Below the pieces are notes generated by a model, which made no database searches, was not told the origin of the DNA, and saw only the letters and a program-made list of their open reading frames with translations. A program made the translations under genes and the position numbers. From Acidobacteriota bacterium (GTDB lineage: Bacteria; Acidobacteriota; UBA890; WLXD01), in assembly GCA_965205505.1 (NCBI GenBank), contig CBDBHB010000009.1, forward strand, positions 384,001-448,000: a stretch of 64,000 bases of DNA. The letters run 5' to 3'. Of the stretch, positions 38,295-48,685 are shown piece by piece. Each line of letters opens with the position of its first letter. The stretch's first letter is position 1.

Positions 38295-39983
38295 TCAGCT
38301 CAGGATCCAGAAGAACAGGGCGATCATGGCGGCGACCCCCACCCAGCTCAGCAGGAAGCCGACCACCGTGGATCGATTGGGCGTCGGGATCTCGAAGTCG
38401 GGATGATCGATCAGCACCTGGCGTGGTGCCGGCGCGGTACCCGCCGGGAGGCACAGCGGCTCGACCTCGGCCTCACCAACCTGCACGGGGGTGCGCAGCG
38501 TGCTGTACACGCGGTCGAGCGTCTCCTTGTCGGGCGCCTTCGTCGTTAGGCTCACCACCACCATCAGCGAGACGCTCACCGCGAGGTAGAAGATCATCTG
38601 CCACGGCAACGACAGCTCGCCCTGCCACACCATGAAGTCGGGTAGCGAGGCGGCGTAGCGAGCGTTGAAGTCCCAGCCGATGATGTCGATGCGGGCGGTG
38701 AAGGCCCAGGCGAGAAACCCGCCCAGCGTCGAGGCCCAGGTGGCCGCCACCGTCGCCCGTCGCCATACGAAGCTGACCCATATGGCGATCCCCATCATGG
38801 CTCCCACCTTCCAGAACATCTCCAGACCTTCCACGACGCTCTCCAGCTCGAAGGCGATGGTGATGCCGGCGAGCACCACCACACCCGAGCTGATGCGTCC
38901 GATGAGGATGTAGTGCCGCTGATCGCGGTCCGGGCGGATGAGCGGCCGATAGATGTTCTCGGTGAACAGCGCCGCGGCCGAGACCATGAGCGCATCGCAT
39001 GAGCTCATCACCGCCGCCAGCATCGAGGCGATGAACAGCCCCACCAGGCCCGGTGCGATGGTCGGCAGGAGGTCGCGGGCAAGCAGCCCGTACAGCTGGT
39101 CGGGGTCGACGGCGGTGCCGGCGTAGATACCGATGCCGCACATAGCCGTCAGCACCCAGGCGATGGTGCAGAAACGCTTCAGGAACATACCGCTTACCAG
39201 GCCGACCCGCGCCTCCTCGTCGGTGGTACCGGCACCACAGAGCGCCATCGAATAGGGCGTTGCGACCCATCCGATAAGCGCGTTGAGCGATATGACGATG
39301 ACGTAGAGCGTGGTGATCTCGCCGGGGGCGACCACCTGGAACACGGTCGGATCGGTGACGGTCGCGCGTAGCCCATCCAGACCACCGACCGCCCGCAGGG
39401 CGAACGGCAGCAGCAAGAACGAAAGGACGACGGTCAGCACCCCTTGGAGGGCGTCGGTCATGATGGCTGCGTTCAGCCCGCCGACGATTCCATAGACCAT
39501 GAACAGCACCGTCATGCCGATGATCGCCAGCTCGGCGCTGATCGTGCCTCCTGATACAGCCGTCACCATGGCGCCGGCCGCCTTGAGCGTGACCCCGATG
39601 TTGACGGACAGCTGCGCGATGCCGAGCACTGCGAAGAGAATCGCCACGCTCTGGTCGTAGCGCGCGTGCAGGTAGTCGGCGATGGTCACCGCCCGCATGC
39701 GCCGAAACAGCGGTGCCAGCAACCAGTAGAAGGGCGTCGAGAACAGCCACAACCACTGATACCAGATGCCGGAGGCGCCAGAGGTGTAGGTCTTCGACGC
39801 CACGCTCACCGCCTGGTCGGTGTTCGTGCCTGTGCCGAAAGTGAACAGGGTCATCATCAGCTTGCCGAACTTGCGATCGCTGATGAAGAAATCGGACGCG
39901 CTGTTGACCTTCTTCGCCGCCGATGCGCCCAGCACGGTGATAGCGATCAAGTAGACGGCGATGACGAGCCAATCGACGAACAT
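38295..39983 (-). CDS. Sodium:solute symporter family protein
   Basis: Multiple TM helices; GGLNAAIMTDALQG, ASMLAAVMSS. Confidence 0.9.
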   Translation of the reverse strand: MFVDWLVIAVYLIAITVLGASAAKKVNSASDFFISDRKFGKLMMTLFTFGTGTNTDQAVSVASKTYTSGASGIWYQWLWLFSTPFYWLLAPLFRRMRAVTIADYLHARYDQSVAILFAVLGIAQLSVNIGVTLKAAGAMVTAVSGGTISAELAIIGMTVLFMVYGIVGGLNAAIMTDALQGVLTVVLSFLLLPFALRAVGGLDGLRATVTDPTVFQVVAPGEITTLYVIVISLNALIGWVATPYSMALCGAGTTDEEARVGLVSGMFLKRFCTIAWVLTAMCGIGIYAGTAVDPDQLYGLLARDLLPTIAPGLVGLFIASMLAAVMSSCDALMVSAAALFTENIYRPLIRPDRDQRHYILIGRISSGVVVLAGITIAFELESVVEGLEMFWKVGAMMGIAIWVSFVWRRATVAATWASTLGGFLAWAFTARIDIIGWDFNARYAASLPDFMVWQGELSLPWQMIFYLAVSVSLMVVVSLTTKAPDKETLDRVYSTLRTPVQVGEAEVEPLCLPAGTAPAPRQVLIDHPDFEIPTPNRSTVVGFLLSWVGVAAMIALFFWILS

Positions 39984-40054
39984 GGGTGGTGGATACTACC
40001 TGGCGAGGTGCGCGGGCGGAGGGATCGGCTTGCCGAGAGTCTCGACGCCGATTT

Positions 40055-40069
40055 CGTATACTGTATGCA
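40055..40069. promoter_or_regulatory. Second copy of the putative operator, in a divergent promoter region
   Basis: CGTATACTGTATGCA (reverse complement TGCATACAGTATACG, 13/15 to the 24747 palindrome); contains TATACT. Confidence 0.6.
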
Positions 40070-40116
40070 GTCTGGAAAAACGCTTCAATGGCGGGTGTTT
40101 TTCGGCGGAGGAAGGA

Positions 40117-41163
<1,047 letters not shown>

Positions 41164-41196
41164 GTGGCCGGATCGCTAACCAGGAATGAGATTGCG

Positions 41197-42198
41197 ATGA
41201 GCTTTCGTTGGGCACAGTTGGGCGACGTCGCCGTACGCAAGATGGGGCAGGTCAAGCCGGGCGAGAAGGTGCTCGTGTTGTCGGACACCTGGACGGATCA
41301 GGATGTTGCCAACGCCTTCTTCAACGCTGCCATCAATGCCGGCGCACAGGCGACGCTGCTGGTGATCCCGCGCATGGCGCCGACCGACGCCAGCGAGCTC
41401 GATGACGTGACCATCGCTGCTATTGCCGCCGCGGACGTTGTGCTGGGTGTGTGCGAGACGATGGTCGCTAACAAGGAATCCACCGAGCGAGCGCTCGCCG
41501 GCGGTACGCGCATGTCCTCGACCAACGTCAACGGCATGGAAGACTTCGTCATCGAGGGCCTCCTCGACGTCGACTACGACTTGATGATCGAGATCGCCAA
41601 CAAGATCGGCGACCTCTGGCAGAAGACGGAGCTGTGTCGGGTAACCTCGCAGTACGGCACCGACATCACCTACGACATGCGCGAGCGCCCCATCGACGTG
41701 GGGCACGGCATGGCCCTCGAGCCGGGTGCGTCCGACTTCTTCCCGGGCGTCTCGGTGGCCAACGCGCCGATCGAGAAGACGATTCAGGGCACCATCGTGG
41801 TCGACGGCAACATCCCGCCGGGGCGTCTGGTGAAGGAGCCGGTGACACTCCGTATCGAGGACGGCGTCATCGTGGCGATCGAGGGCGGCGGCGACGCCGC
41901 GGCGTTGCGCGCCTACTTCGCCGCCAGCGGCGATCCCATCGCCACCCACCTGTGTCACTTCACGCTGGGGCTGAATCCGCGCGCACGCACCTCCGGCAGC
42001 GTTCACCAAGACGAGCATGTTCTCGGCGCCATCACCTACGGCTTCGGCTCGCAATCGGGCATTTTCGCGGGGTGCGTGCCGCCGTGCAACGTCCACTGTG
42101 ACGTCGTGCTCACCACTGGAAAGATCGAGTGCGACGGCGTGGTGATGCTCGACGCCAACGAGCTCAACGCCGACCTCGGTCTCGGCGGGCTTTCCTGA
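41197..42198 (+). CDS. M29 aminopeptidase-fold protein with a NicX-like His-His-Asp metal triad
   Basis: KPGEKVLV, GTD, GTIVVDG, CHFTLGLNP, DEH, HCD. Confidence 0.75.
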   Translation: MSFRWAQLGDVAVRKMGQVKPGEKVLVLSDTWTDQDVANAFFNAAINAGAQATLLVIPRMAPTDASELDDVTIAAIAAADVVLGVCETMVANKESTERALAGGTRMSSTNVNGMEDFVIEGLLDVDYDLMIEIANKIGDLWQKTELCRVTSQYGTDITYDMRERPIDVGHGMALEPGASDFFPGVSVANAPIEKTIQGTIVVDGNIPPGRLVKEPVTLRIEDGVIVAIEGGGDAAALRAYFAASGDPIATHLCHFTLGLNPRARTSGSVHQDEHVLGAITYGFGSQSGIFAGCVPPCNVHCDVVLTTGKIECDGVVMLDANELNADLGLGGLS

Positions 42199-42205
42199 GC
42201 GTGGC

Positions 42206-42233
42206 CCGCCACACTTTCACCACGGCCTGCTAG
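42206..42233 (+). repeat. 28-bp CTAG-ended repeat
   Basis: CCGCCACACTTTCACCACGGCCTGCTAG fills most of the intergenic gap. Confidence 0.9.
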
Positions 42234-42236
42234 GGG

Positions 42237-43505
42237 ATGTGGCGCGCCGAGCTCTTCCGTTCCTTCCGGCATCCGGGCTTCGGCCTGGTGTGGTCGTCGA
42301 TCTGCCTGAACGGCTATTCGGCCCATATCAGCACGGTGGCGCTCGGCTGGCTGGCGTTGGAGTTTACCGGCTCGGCGGTGGGGGTCGGCGCGGCGCTGGC
42401 GACGCGAATCCTGCCGCGCTTGTTTCTGTCGGTGCCGTTCGGCAGCCTGTCGGACCGCATGGACCGGCGCGTCATGCTGCAGGTCACCAACTGGAGCGGG
42501 GCGGGCATGGCGCTTGTTGCGGCGCTCGCCAGTACGCAGGGGTGGTTCGGCTTTGGTGGCGTGATGCTGGTGGCCACACTGGTCGGGGTATTCGATGTCG
42601 CCGAGACCACGCTCTCCAAGTCGTACGTCTACGACGTGGTTGGCCCCGAGGACGCCGTCAACGGGCTGGCGCTGGAGCAGCTGGCAAACAAGCTCTTCGG
42701 CGTGGTCGGCGGCATCTCCACCGGCTTCGCCTTGTCGTTGTGGGGTGGCGTCGGTGCGTTCGTAATGATGGCGGTGGCGTACCTCGGTAGCGCCATCCTG
42801 CTCACCATCATCCCGCTGGTCGCCCCGGGTACTGCCGCGAATCGCGAGTACCCGAGCGCCGCGACCGACGCGGAAGCAGGCGAGTCCCTGGGCGTGTGGG
42901 CCTCGATGTTCCAGATCATGCGCAGCCCGGCGGTGCTCGTATTCGCGGTGATCGCCATGGCCGCCGAGATCTTCGCCTACTCACACGAGGCGCTGGCGCC
43001 GTCCTTTGCTCGCGACATCCTGATGGCCGGCGAGCAGGGCCTCGGCAACCTCGTGGCGGTGCGCAACGGCGGTGGCGTGATCGGGCTGCTATTGCTCGGA
43101 TCGGTGGCGCGCCGGGTGCGGGCCGACCGACTGTTGCCGGTGGTGTGCGTATTCTTCGGCGTCGCGCTGCTGGTCTTCTCCATGTCGACGTCGTACCCGC
43201 TGTCGTTGGTGCTGATGGGCTTGGTTGGTATCGCCTGGGCGAGCCTCGACGCGCTGCTGCCTACCGCCCTGCAGCAGAACGTCGACGACCGCGATCGTGG
43301 CGCGGTGATAGGAGTCTGGAACCTGAGCCGCGGCGTCGGGCCTCTCGCTCAGCTCGAGATCGGCGCCCTGGTCACCACCATCGGCGTGGCCGCGACGCAG
43401 GCGGTGAACGGGGCGTTGTTCGCCATCATCGTGATCCTCGTTACGGTGTACTTTCGGCGGCGCCAATCCGGCTCGGCACCTGGGGCGGACACGACGACCT
43501 CATGA
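42237..43505 (+). CDS. MFS transporter
   Basis: GSLSDRMDRR motif A; about 12 TM helices. Confidence 0.92.
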   Translation: MWRAELFRSFRHPGFGLVWSSICLNGYSAHISTVALGWLALEFTGSAVGVGAALATRILPRLFLSVPFGSLSDRMDRRVMLQVTNWSGAGMALVAALASTQGWFGFGGVMLVATLVGVFDVAETTLSKSYVYDVVGPEDAVNGLALEQLANKLFGVVGGISTGFALSLWGGVGAFVMMAVAYLGSAILLTIIPLVAPGTAANREYPSAATDAEAGESLGVWASMFQIMRSPAVLVFAVIAMAAEIFAYSHEALAPSFARDILMAGEQGLGNLVAVRNGGGVIGLLLLGSVARRVRADRLLPVVCVFFGVALLVFSMSTSYPLSLVLMGLVGIAWASLDALLPTALQQNVDDRDRGAVIGVWNLSRGVGPLAQLEIGALVTTIGVAATQAVNGALFAIIVILVTVYFRRRQSGSAPGADTTTS

Positions 43506-44944
43506 GCCCCATCGGCGTCTCCATCATCCTGTTCGTCGGCGCTACCATGTGGGTCGGCGTTCGCACCTGGGCGAAGATCAAGGGCCAGGCGACGAATTAC
43601 TACGTCGCCGGCAACGCCATGGGCGTGTCGGTGATCGGCATCACCCTCTGCGCCCAGGCGTTCGACGCCAACGGCTCCATGGGCAACGCCTCCCTTGCCC
43701 ATGGCGGCGGCTTCTGGGCCGGGGCGGCGATCCCCATCGGGCTCGCCCTATGCCTGTTCTTCACCGGTGCGGTGTTTGCCGAGCCCATCCACCGCATGCG
43801 CCTGTTGACGCTGGTCGACTTCTATCGGCGTCGATACAACCAGAGCGCCGAGACGCTGGCGGCGCTCAACATGCTGGTCGGCAACATCGTGCTGGTCGCC
43901 GGCAACTTGGCCGGGCTCGGCCTGCTGCTGGATCTCGTTTTCGGCGTCGGCTACCTACCCATGCTCGTGGTGATCGGGCTCTGCATCCTCACCTACGCGG
44001 TGACCGGCGGTCTCTACGCCACTATCACCACTAGCGTGCTGCAAGTGGGGATGTTCATTCTCAGCACGGTCATCGGCTTCGCGTGGCTGACCGGCACCTT
44101 CGGCTGGAGCACGCTGATGGCGAATGTCCCTGCCAGCTTTACCGACATGTCCGGCCTGATGAGCCGCCAGCAGGGATCGCTGGTCACCTGGGCATCGCTG
44201 GTGTCCTTGGCCCTCGGCGATGTCGTGGCGATCGACTTCATCCAGCGAATCATCGCCGCCGACTCCCCACGGACCGCCAAGCGCGGCTGCTACGTCGGCG
44301 GGGTGATCACCCTCACCGTCGGCCTCATGGTCACCTTCATCGGTCTCGCCGCCTTCCACTTCGGCACCCCGGAGAGCCGTTTCCTGCTGGTGGAGCTGGC
44401 GCTCAACGAGATGCCGATGATCATCGGTGGCCTGATCCTGCTGGGCGTCATCGCTGCCAGCATGTCGACTGCCGCCGGCGTCGTGCTCGATCTCGCCAAC
44501 GTGCTCACCCGCAACCTGATCCAGGGACACTCCTCGCGCGCCTGGGATGATGCGGAGTTGCTGCGCGTCTCGCGCTGGATCGCCCTGCCCACTATGGCAG
44601 CGTCGGTGCTGTTCGCCTACCTGCGTCCCGACCCAGGCGTGCTGCTGATCCTCGCCTTCGACATCGTGCTCGCCAGCTGCTTCGTGCCGCTGGTCCTCGG
44701 TCTCTTCTGGCACAGGTCGAACACTCCGGCGGCGCTCGCCGCGATCGTCGGCGGAGCAGCGGCGCGTCTGACCTTGCACTTCGTAGTGCCCGAAGCATGG
44801 GCCGGCATGGAGACACTCATCGCGCCGCTCATCAGCCTGGCGCTGTTCGTGATCGTCGCCACCGCGACACAGGGGTCATCACCGCCGAAGCATGATGCGC
44901 TCAACTACGTGCCGTCCGAGGAAGAGCTCGTAAGCGGACGGTAG
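43502..44944 (+). CDS. Sodium:solute symporter family protein
   Basis: NYYVAG, TLVDFYRRRY, GGLYA, IQRI, AASMST; ATGA overlap. Confidence 0.9.
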   Translation: MSPIGVSIILFVGATMWVGVRTWAKIKGQATNYYVAGNAMGVSVIGITLCAQAFDANGSMGNASLAHGGGFWAGAAIPIGLALCLFFTGAVFAEPIHRMRLLTLVDFYRRRYNQSAETLAALNMLVGNIVLVAGNLAGLGLLLDLVFGVGYLPMLVVIGLCILTYAVTGGLYATITTSVLQVGMFILSTVIGFAWLTGTFGWSTLMANVPASFTDMSGLMSRQQGSLVTWASLVSLALGDVVAIDFIQRIIAADSPRTAKRGCYVGGVITLTVGLMVTFIGLAAFHFGTPESRFLLVELALNEMPMIIGGLILLGVIAASMSTAAGVVLDLANVLTRNLIQGHSSRAWDDAELLRVSRWIALPTMAASVLFAYLRPDPGVLLILAFDIVLASCFVPLVLGLFWHRSNTPAALAAIVGGAAARLTLHFVVPEAWAGMETLIAPLISLALFVIVATATQGSSPPKHDALNYVPSEEELVSGR

Positions 44945-45074
44945 ATGGGATGCAGATGCTGATCCCAATTCGGGATCACGCTATGCTTGGCCCTGGATGA
45001 GGATCATTTCCCGTCGGACGCTTCGCGAGTTTCTGGACCCGGCACCGGGACGCTGAGCAGCCGCTCAGGGCACC

Positions 45075-45257
45075 GGGCAGGACCGGGCTGATCTCCAGCG
45101 CATTCTCGGGGTCGGCCGAGGCAGGATCTCTGAGATCCTCAACCGAAAGAGAGGTTTGTCGGTTGCCATGATTCGGAAGCTGGTCGTTTCGTTGCGCATC
45201 CCGGCCGGCGTGCTCATCCAGCCGACGCAAGCGGGGCCTCTACCGAGAGGTCCGTAG
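45075..45257 (+). pseudogene. higA: HigA-type antitoxin HTH, C-terminal remnant (not in the ORF track)
   Basis: Translates GQDRADLQRILGVGRGRISEILNRKRGLSVAMIRKLVVSLRIPAGVLIQP; in-frame TGA at 45054 upstream; no start codon before the HTH; no toxin gene. Confidence 0.75.
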
Positions 45258-45299
45258 CCGCGCGGGGTAGCGCGACCCGGCCACCTCATTCCTCCAGGC

Positions 45300-45327
45300 C
45301 CGCAACACTTTCACCACGGCCTGCTAG
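45300..45327 (+). repeat. 28-bp CTAG-ended repeat encoding the last codons and stop of the sugar dehydrogenase gene
   Basis: CCGCAACACTTTCACCACGGCCTGCTAG; minus strand reads ...ASRPW*. Confidence 0.9.
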
Positions 45328-46531
45328 CCGGCTCAAGACGCAAGATCGGTGTCGGCGGCGTCTTGCCGTCGACGGGCAGGCCATCGATGGCCAGGTAGAT
45401 ATACCCGTCTGGTCCCTGGCGGACGTCGCGGATACGATCCATTCCGTGCAGCAGCGTCTCCTCGAGAACGACTCGTTGCCCGTCCATGGTGAGGCGGGCG
45501 AGCTGCTCACCTTGCAGGCCGCCGACGAAGAGGTTGCCGCGCCAGGCGGGGAAGCGGTCGCCATCGTAGATCAGCAGTCCGGAGGCGGCGATAGACGGCA
45601 CCCAGAAATGGACGGGCTGCTCCATGCCCTCCTGGTGAGTTCCCGCGTGGATCGCCAACCCGCTCGTATAGTTCACCCCGAAGCCGATCACCGGCCAGCC
45701 GTAGTTCCGCCCCGGGAGAATCAGGTTGAGCTCGTCGCCTCCCTGTGGCCCGTGTTCGTTGAGCCAGATGTCTCCGGTTTGTTGATGCACTGCCAGGCCC
45801 TGGGCGTTGCGGTGTCCGTAGCTGAATATCTCCGGACGGGCGTCGTCGCGGCCGACGAACGGGTTGTCGCTCGGAACACGGCCATCGTCGTGGAGTCGCA
45901 CCGTGGTGCCCTGGTGGTTGGAGAGATCCTGGGCCGGGTGCGCCGCCAGGTCGCCCCGGGGTTGCGTCTGGCGGTCTCCAACGGTGATGAAGAGAAAGCC
46001 GTCGCCGTCGAAGGCCAGCCGCGAGCCATAGGAGCCGCTCCCTTCGGTTACCGCTTCGAAGATCTCTTCTACGGCCGTGAGGCGGTGATCCTCGAAGCGC
46101 CCACGCACCACCGCCGTGGTTGCCTGTGAGCGGTCGGCGTTCGGCTTCGAGAAGCTCAGGTAGATGAGCCGGTTGGAGGCGAAGTCCGGATGCAGAGTCA
46201 CTTCCAGCAACCCACCCTCGGTGGCCAGGCGCCCGCCGCGTGGCTCGACCAGGACCTCGGGAACTCCCGGCACCGGATCGGCTAGCAGCCTGCCGTCGCG
46301 AACAACGCGGAGCCGTCCCGGTTGCTCGGTGACCAGCATGTCGCCGTCGGGAAGGAAGGCCATCGACCACGGATGCTCCAGTCCTTCCACCACCGTCACC
46401 ACCCGGTAGTCGTGGTGGGCGGATCGGAGCAGGGGACGCTGACCGGCGGACGGGCTCGCGGCGAACGCCAGGAACCCGGCCACAGCCAGCGCCATGCGGG
46501 CACGAACCATCTCGATCTCCGGTGACTTCAC
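45311..46531 (-). CDS. PQQ-dependent sugar dehydrogenase (soluble GDH/YliI-like)
   Basis: GLEHPWSMAFLPDG, YGHRNAQG, EHGPQGGDELN, NYGWP, RIRDV. Confidence 0.92.
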   Translation of the reverse strand: MKSPEIEMVRARMALAVAGFLAFAASPSAGQRPLLRSAHHDYRVVTVVEGLEHPWSMAFLPDGDMLVTEQPGRLRVVRDGRLLADPVPGVPEVLVEPRGGRLATEGGLLEVTLHPDFASNRLIYLSFSKPNADRSQATTAVVRGRFEDHRLTAVEEIFEAVTEGSGSYGSRLAFDGDGFLFITVGDRQTQPRGDLAAHPAQDLSNHQGTTVRLHDDGRVPSDNPFVGRDDARPEIFSYGHRNAQGLAVHQQTGDIWLNEHGPQGGDELNLILPGRNYGWPVIGFGVNYTSGLAIHAGTHQEGMEQPVHFWVPSIAASGLLIYDGDRFPAWRGNLFVGGLQGEQLARLTMDGQRVVLEETLLHGMDRIRDVRQGPDGYIYLAIDGLPVDGKTPPTPILRLEPASRPW

Positions 46532-48486
46532 TCGGGAGAGCTCGGAAGCGCCAGGGCGACGAGCTGCCCGCGGACTTCCTGATCCCCGATCGCGACAACA
46601 ATGTACTGTCTGCCGTCGGCCATGTAGGTCATCGGTGCGCCAGACGTCCCCGCCGCCAGCTCGACCTCCCAGACGACATCGCCGGTCTGCTTGTCCCAGG
46701 CGCGGAAGAACTTACCGCCGGCTAGCGGGAGGATCGACAACGCCGCGTCGGAGCCCTCGCCGAGAAAGAGCAGCGTCTTGGTGAGCAGCGGGGCCGGGCG
46801 ACCACGCTGGCCGAGCCACGGCAGATCGAGATGCTTGATGGCGGGATGATCTGTTGGCCCCGGACCGTTGGCTTTCATCCAAAGCTGATCGCCGGTGTTC
46901 ATGTCGATCGCCGTGATGCGGCCGTAGGGTGGCTTCAGGAGAGGGAGCCCGCGGGGCATCGGGGCCTCGCGCGGGGCGCCGCGAACATACCGGAAGTCCG
47001 AGCTGTCCAGCTCCGGAGCGACGAGCACGGTGACGCTAGGTGAGGTCACCGAAGGCACGTACATCACCCCAGTCTCGGGATCGACCGCGGCACCACCCCA
47101 ATTCGCACCACCGACCCACCCCGGCATCAGAATCGTTCCCTGCGTACCTCCGGGGCCGTCATCCCTGACGCTGGGTGGCGTGTACATGGGACCGTATACA
47201 AAGCCCGAGAGGATCTGCTCGGCTTCGGCGCGCAGCTCGGGCGTGAAGTCGATGAGATCGTCGACGGTGATGCCCTGGAGGTCGAACGGCACCGGCCAGG
47301 TCGGGAAGGGCTGCGTCTGCGCGGCGACCTCGCCGGGGACGGTCGATGCCGCGACGTTACGATCCTCGATCGGCCAGATCGGCTCGCCCGTCTGACGATC
47401 AAAGGCGAAAACGAAGGCCTGCTTGGTGACCTGAGCAAGAGCCTCTATCGGCCGCCCATCCACCACGATGTCGAGTATGTTGGGAGCCGCAGGGAGGTCG
47501 TAATCCCAGAGTCCGTGCCGCACCGTCTGGTAGTGCCAGAGTCGTTCGCCCGTATCCGCATCCACCGCGACGATGCTCTCGCCATAGAGGTTGTCACCGA
47601 GACGGTGGCCGCCATACCAGTCGTTGGTTGTCGTCTTGAGGGGAAGGTAGACGTGTCCCAGCTCCTCATCGGCACTCATCAGCGTCCAGACATTGCCGTT
47701 TCCAGAATAGGCCCATGAAGAGCCCTCCCAGGTCTCGTTGCCACGCTCACCCAGTTGCGGGATGGGGTTGTGTCTCCAGCGCAGCTCACCCGTGCGCACG
47801 TCGAACGCTCGCACATAACCGGGCGGAGCCGTCTTCCAGTTCCGATCCGGAGTCATCGCGGTGGAGCCGACGATTACCAGGTCACGGACTACCAGCGGTG
47901 CCGAAGTCCAACTGTAGGTGGTGACGCGCGGGTCAGGGTCCCGCGCCAGGTCGATCGTCCCGGCCGCGCCGAACTGCAGATCTGGAAGTCCGGTCGCCGC
48001 ATCCAGGGACACAAGGTACTGGCCGGAGCCGAGGTAAACACGTTCCCGGGACCCGTCGCTCCAGAAGGCAACCCCGCGATTGGCGCGTCCCGAGGGATCC
48101 GCGCGCAGGCCGGCCCTATAGGGGTCGTAGCGCCAGAGCTCACGCCCGGTGGCCGGATCGAGTGCTACTGCTTGCCCCATGTTGGTTGCAACGTAGAGCC
48201 GACCACCGATCTTGATAGGGGTGACTTGGTAGTTAGGGTTGACCTCGGTGCTGGGATAACGTGCCAGCAAGTCGTAGTCGGCCGACTCCCAAGCCCACAC
48301 GACTTCCAGGTCGTCGATGGTTGCAGCCGATATCTGCTCGAGCGGTGAGTATTTGGTCGCGCCGAGGTCGCGCGCGTAGTGTGGCCAGTCAGCTGCGTCG
48401 ATGGCTGGTGCACGCTCTTGTGGGGGTGCGGCACTACCGCAGGCCACCAGCAAGCCGCACAACACCATGATGCCGACTAGCGGCAT
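46528..48486 (-). CDS. PQQ-dependent glucose/quinate dehydrogenase family lipoprotein
   Basis: KYSPLEQI, YGGHRLGDNLY, HGLWDYD, GGANW, KPPYG; LVAC lipobox; start uncertain (48486 or 48552). Confidence 0.9.
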   Translation of the reverse strand: MPLVGIMVLCGLLVACGSAAPPQERAPAIDAADWPHYARDLGATKYSPLEQISAATIDDLEVVWAWESADYDLLARYPSTEVNPNYQVTPIKIGGRLYVATNMGQAVALDPATGRELWRYDPYRAGLRADPSGRANRGVAFWSDGSRERVYLGSGQYLVSLDAATGLPDLQFGAAGTIDLARDPDPRVTTYSWTSAPLVVRDLVIVGSTAMTPDRNWKTAPPGYVRAFDVRTGELRWRHNPIPQLGERGNETWEGSSWAYSGNGNVWTLMSADEELGHVYLPLKTTTNDWYGGHRLGDNLYGESIVAVDADTGERLWHYQTVRHGLWDYDLPAAPNILDIVVDGRPIEALAQVTKQAFVFAFDRQTGEPIWPIEDRNVAASTVPGEVAAQTQPFPTWPVPFDLQGITVDDLIDFTPELRAEAEQILSGFVYGPMYTPPSVRDDGPGGTQGTILMPGWVGGANWGGAAVDPETGVMYVPSVTSPSVTVLVAPELDSSDFRYVRGAPREAPMPRGLPLLKPPYGRITAIDMNTGDQLWMKANGPGPTDHPAIKHLDLPWLGQRGRPAPLLTKTLLFLGEGSDAALSILPLAGGKFFRAWDKQTGDVVWEVELAAGTSGAPMTYMADGRQYIVVAIGDQEVRGQLVALALPSSPE

Positions 48487-48685
48487 CCGGCGGTGTCGCG
48501 GCCATCGACAGGCGCGCTGTGTACCGTCTGCAGAGCCCCTCTGAGCGCGCATTCCTAGCGCAACCTCGCGTTTCAGCTTCGTGTCCTGAGCCTGGATGTT
48601 CCAGCAAGAGCCTCATGCGCTGCTGTCGGTCGTGAGCTTGCCGGAGAGGGCATCGGATGCCCACTATGAGCGCGCGCGCCGAGCG

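Noticed and set aside
46282-46293. CTAGCAGCCTGC as another repeat copy
   Set aside because: Short match inside ordinary coding sequence (DGRLLAD) with no extension
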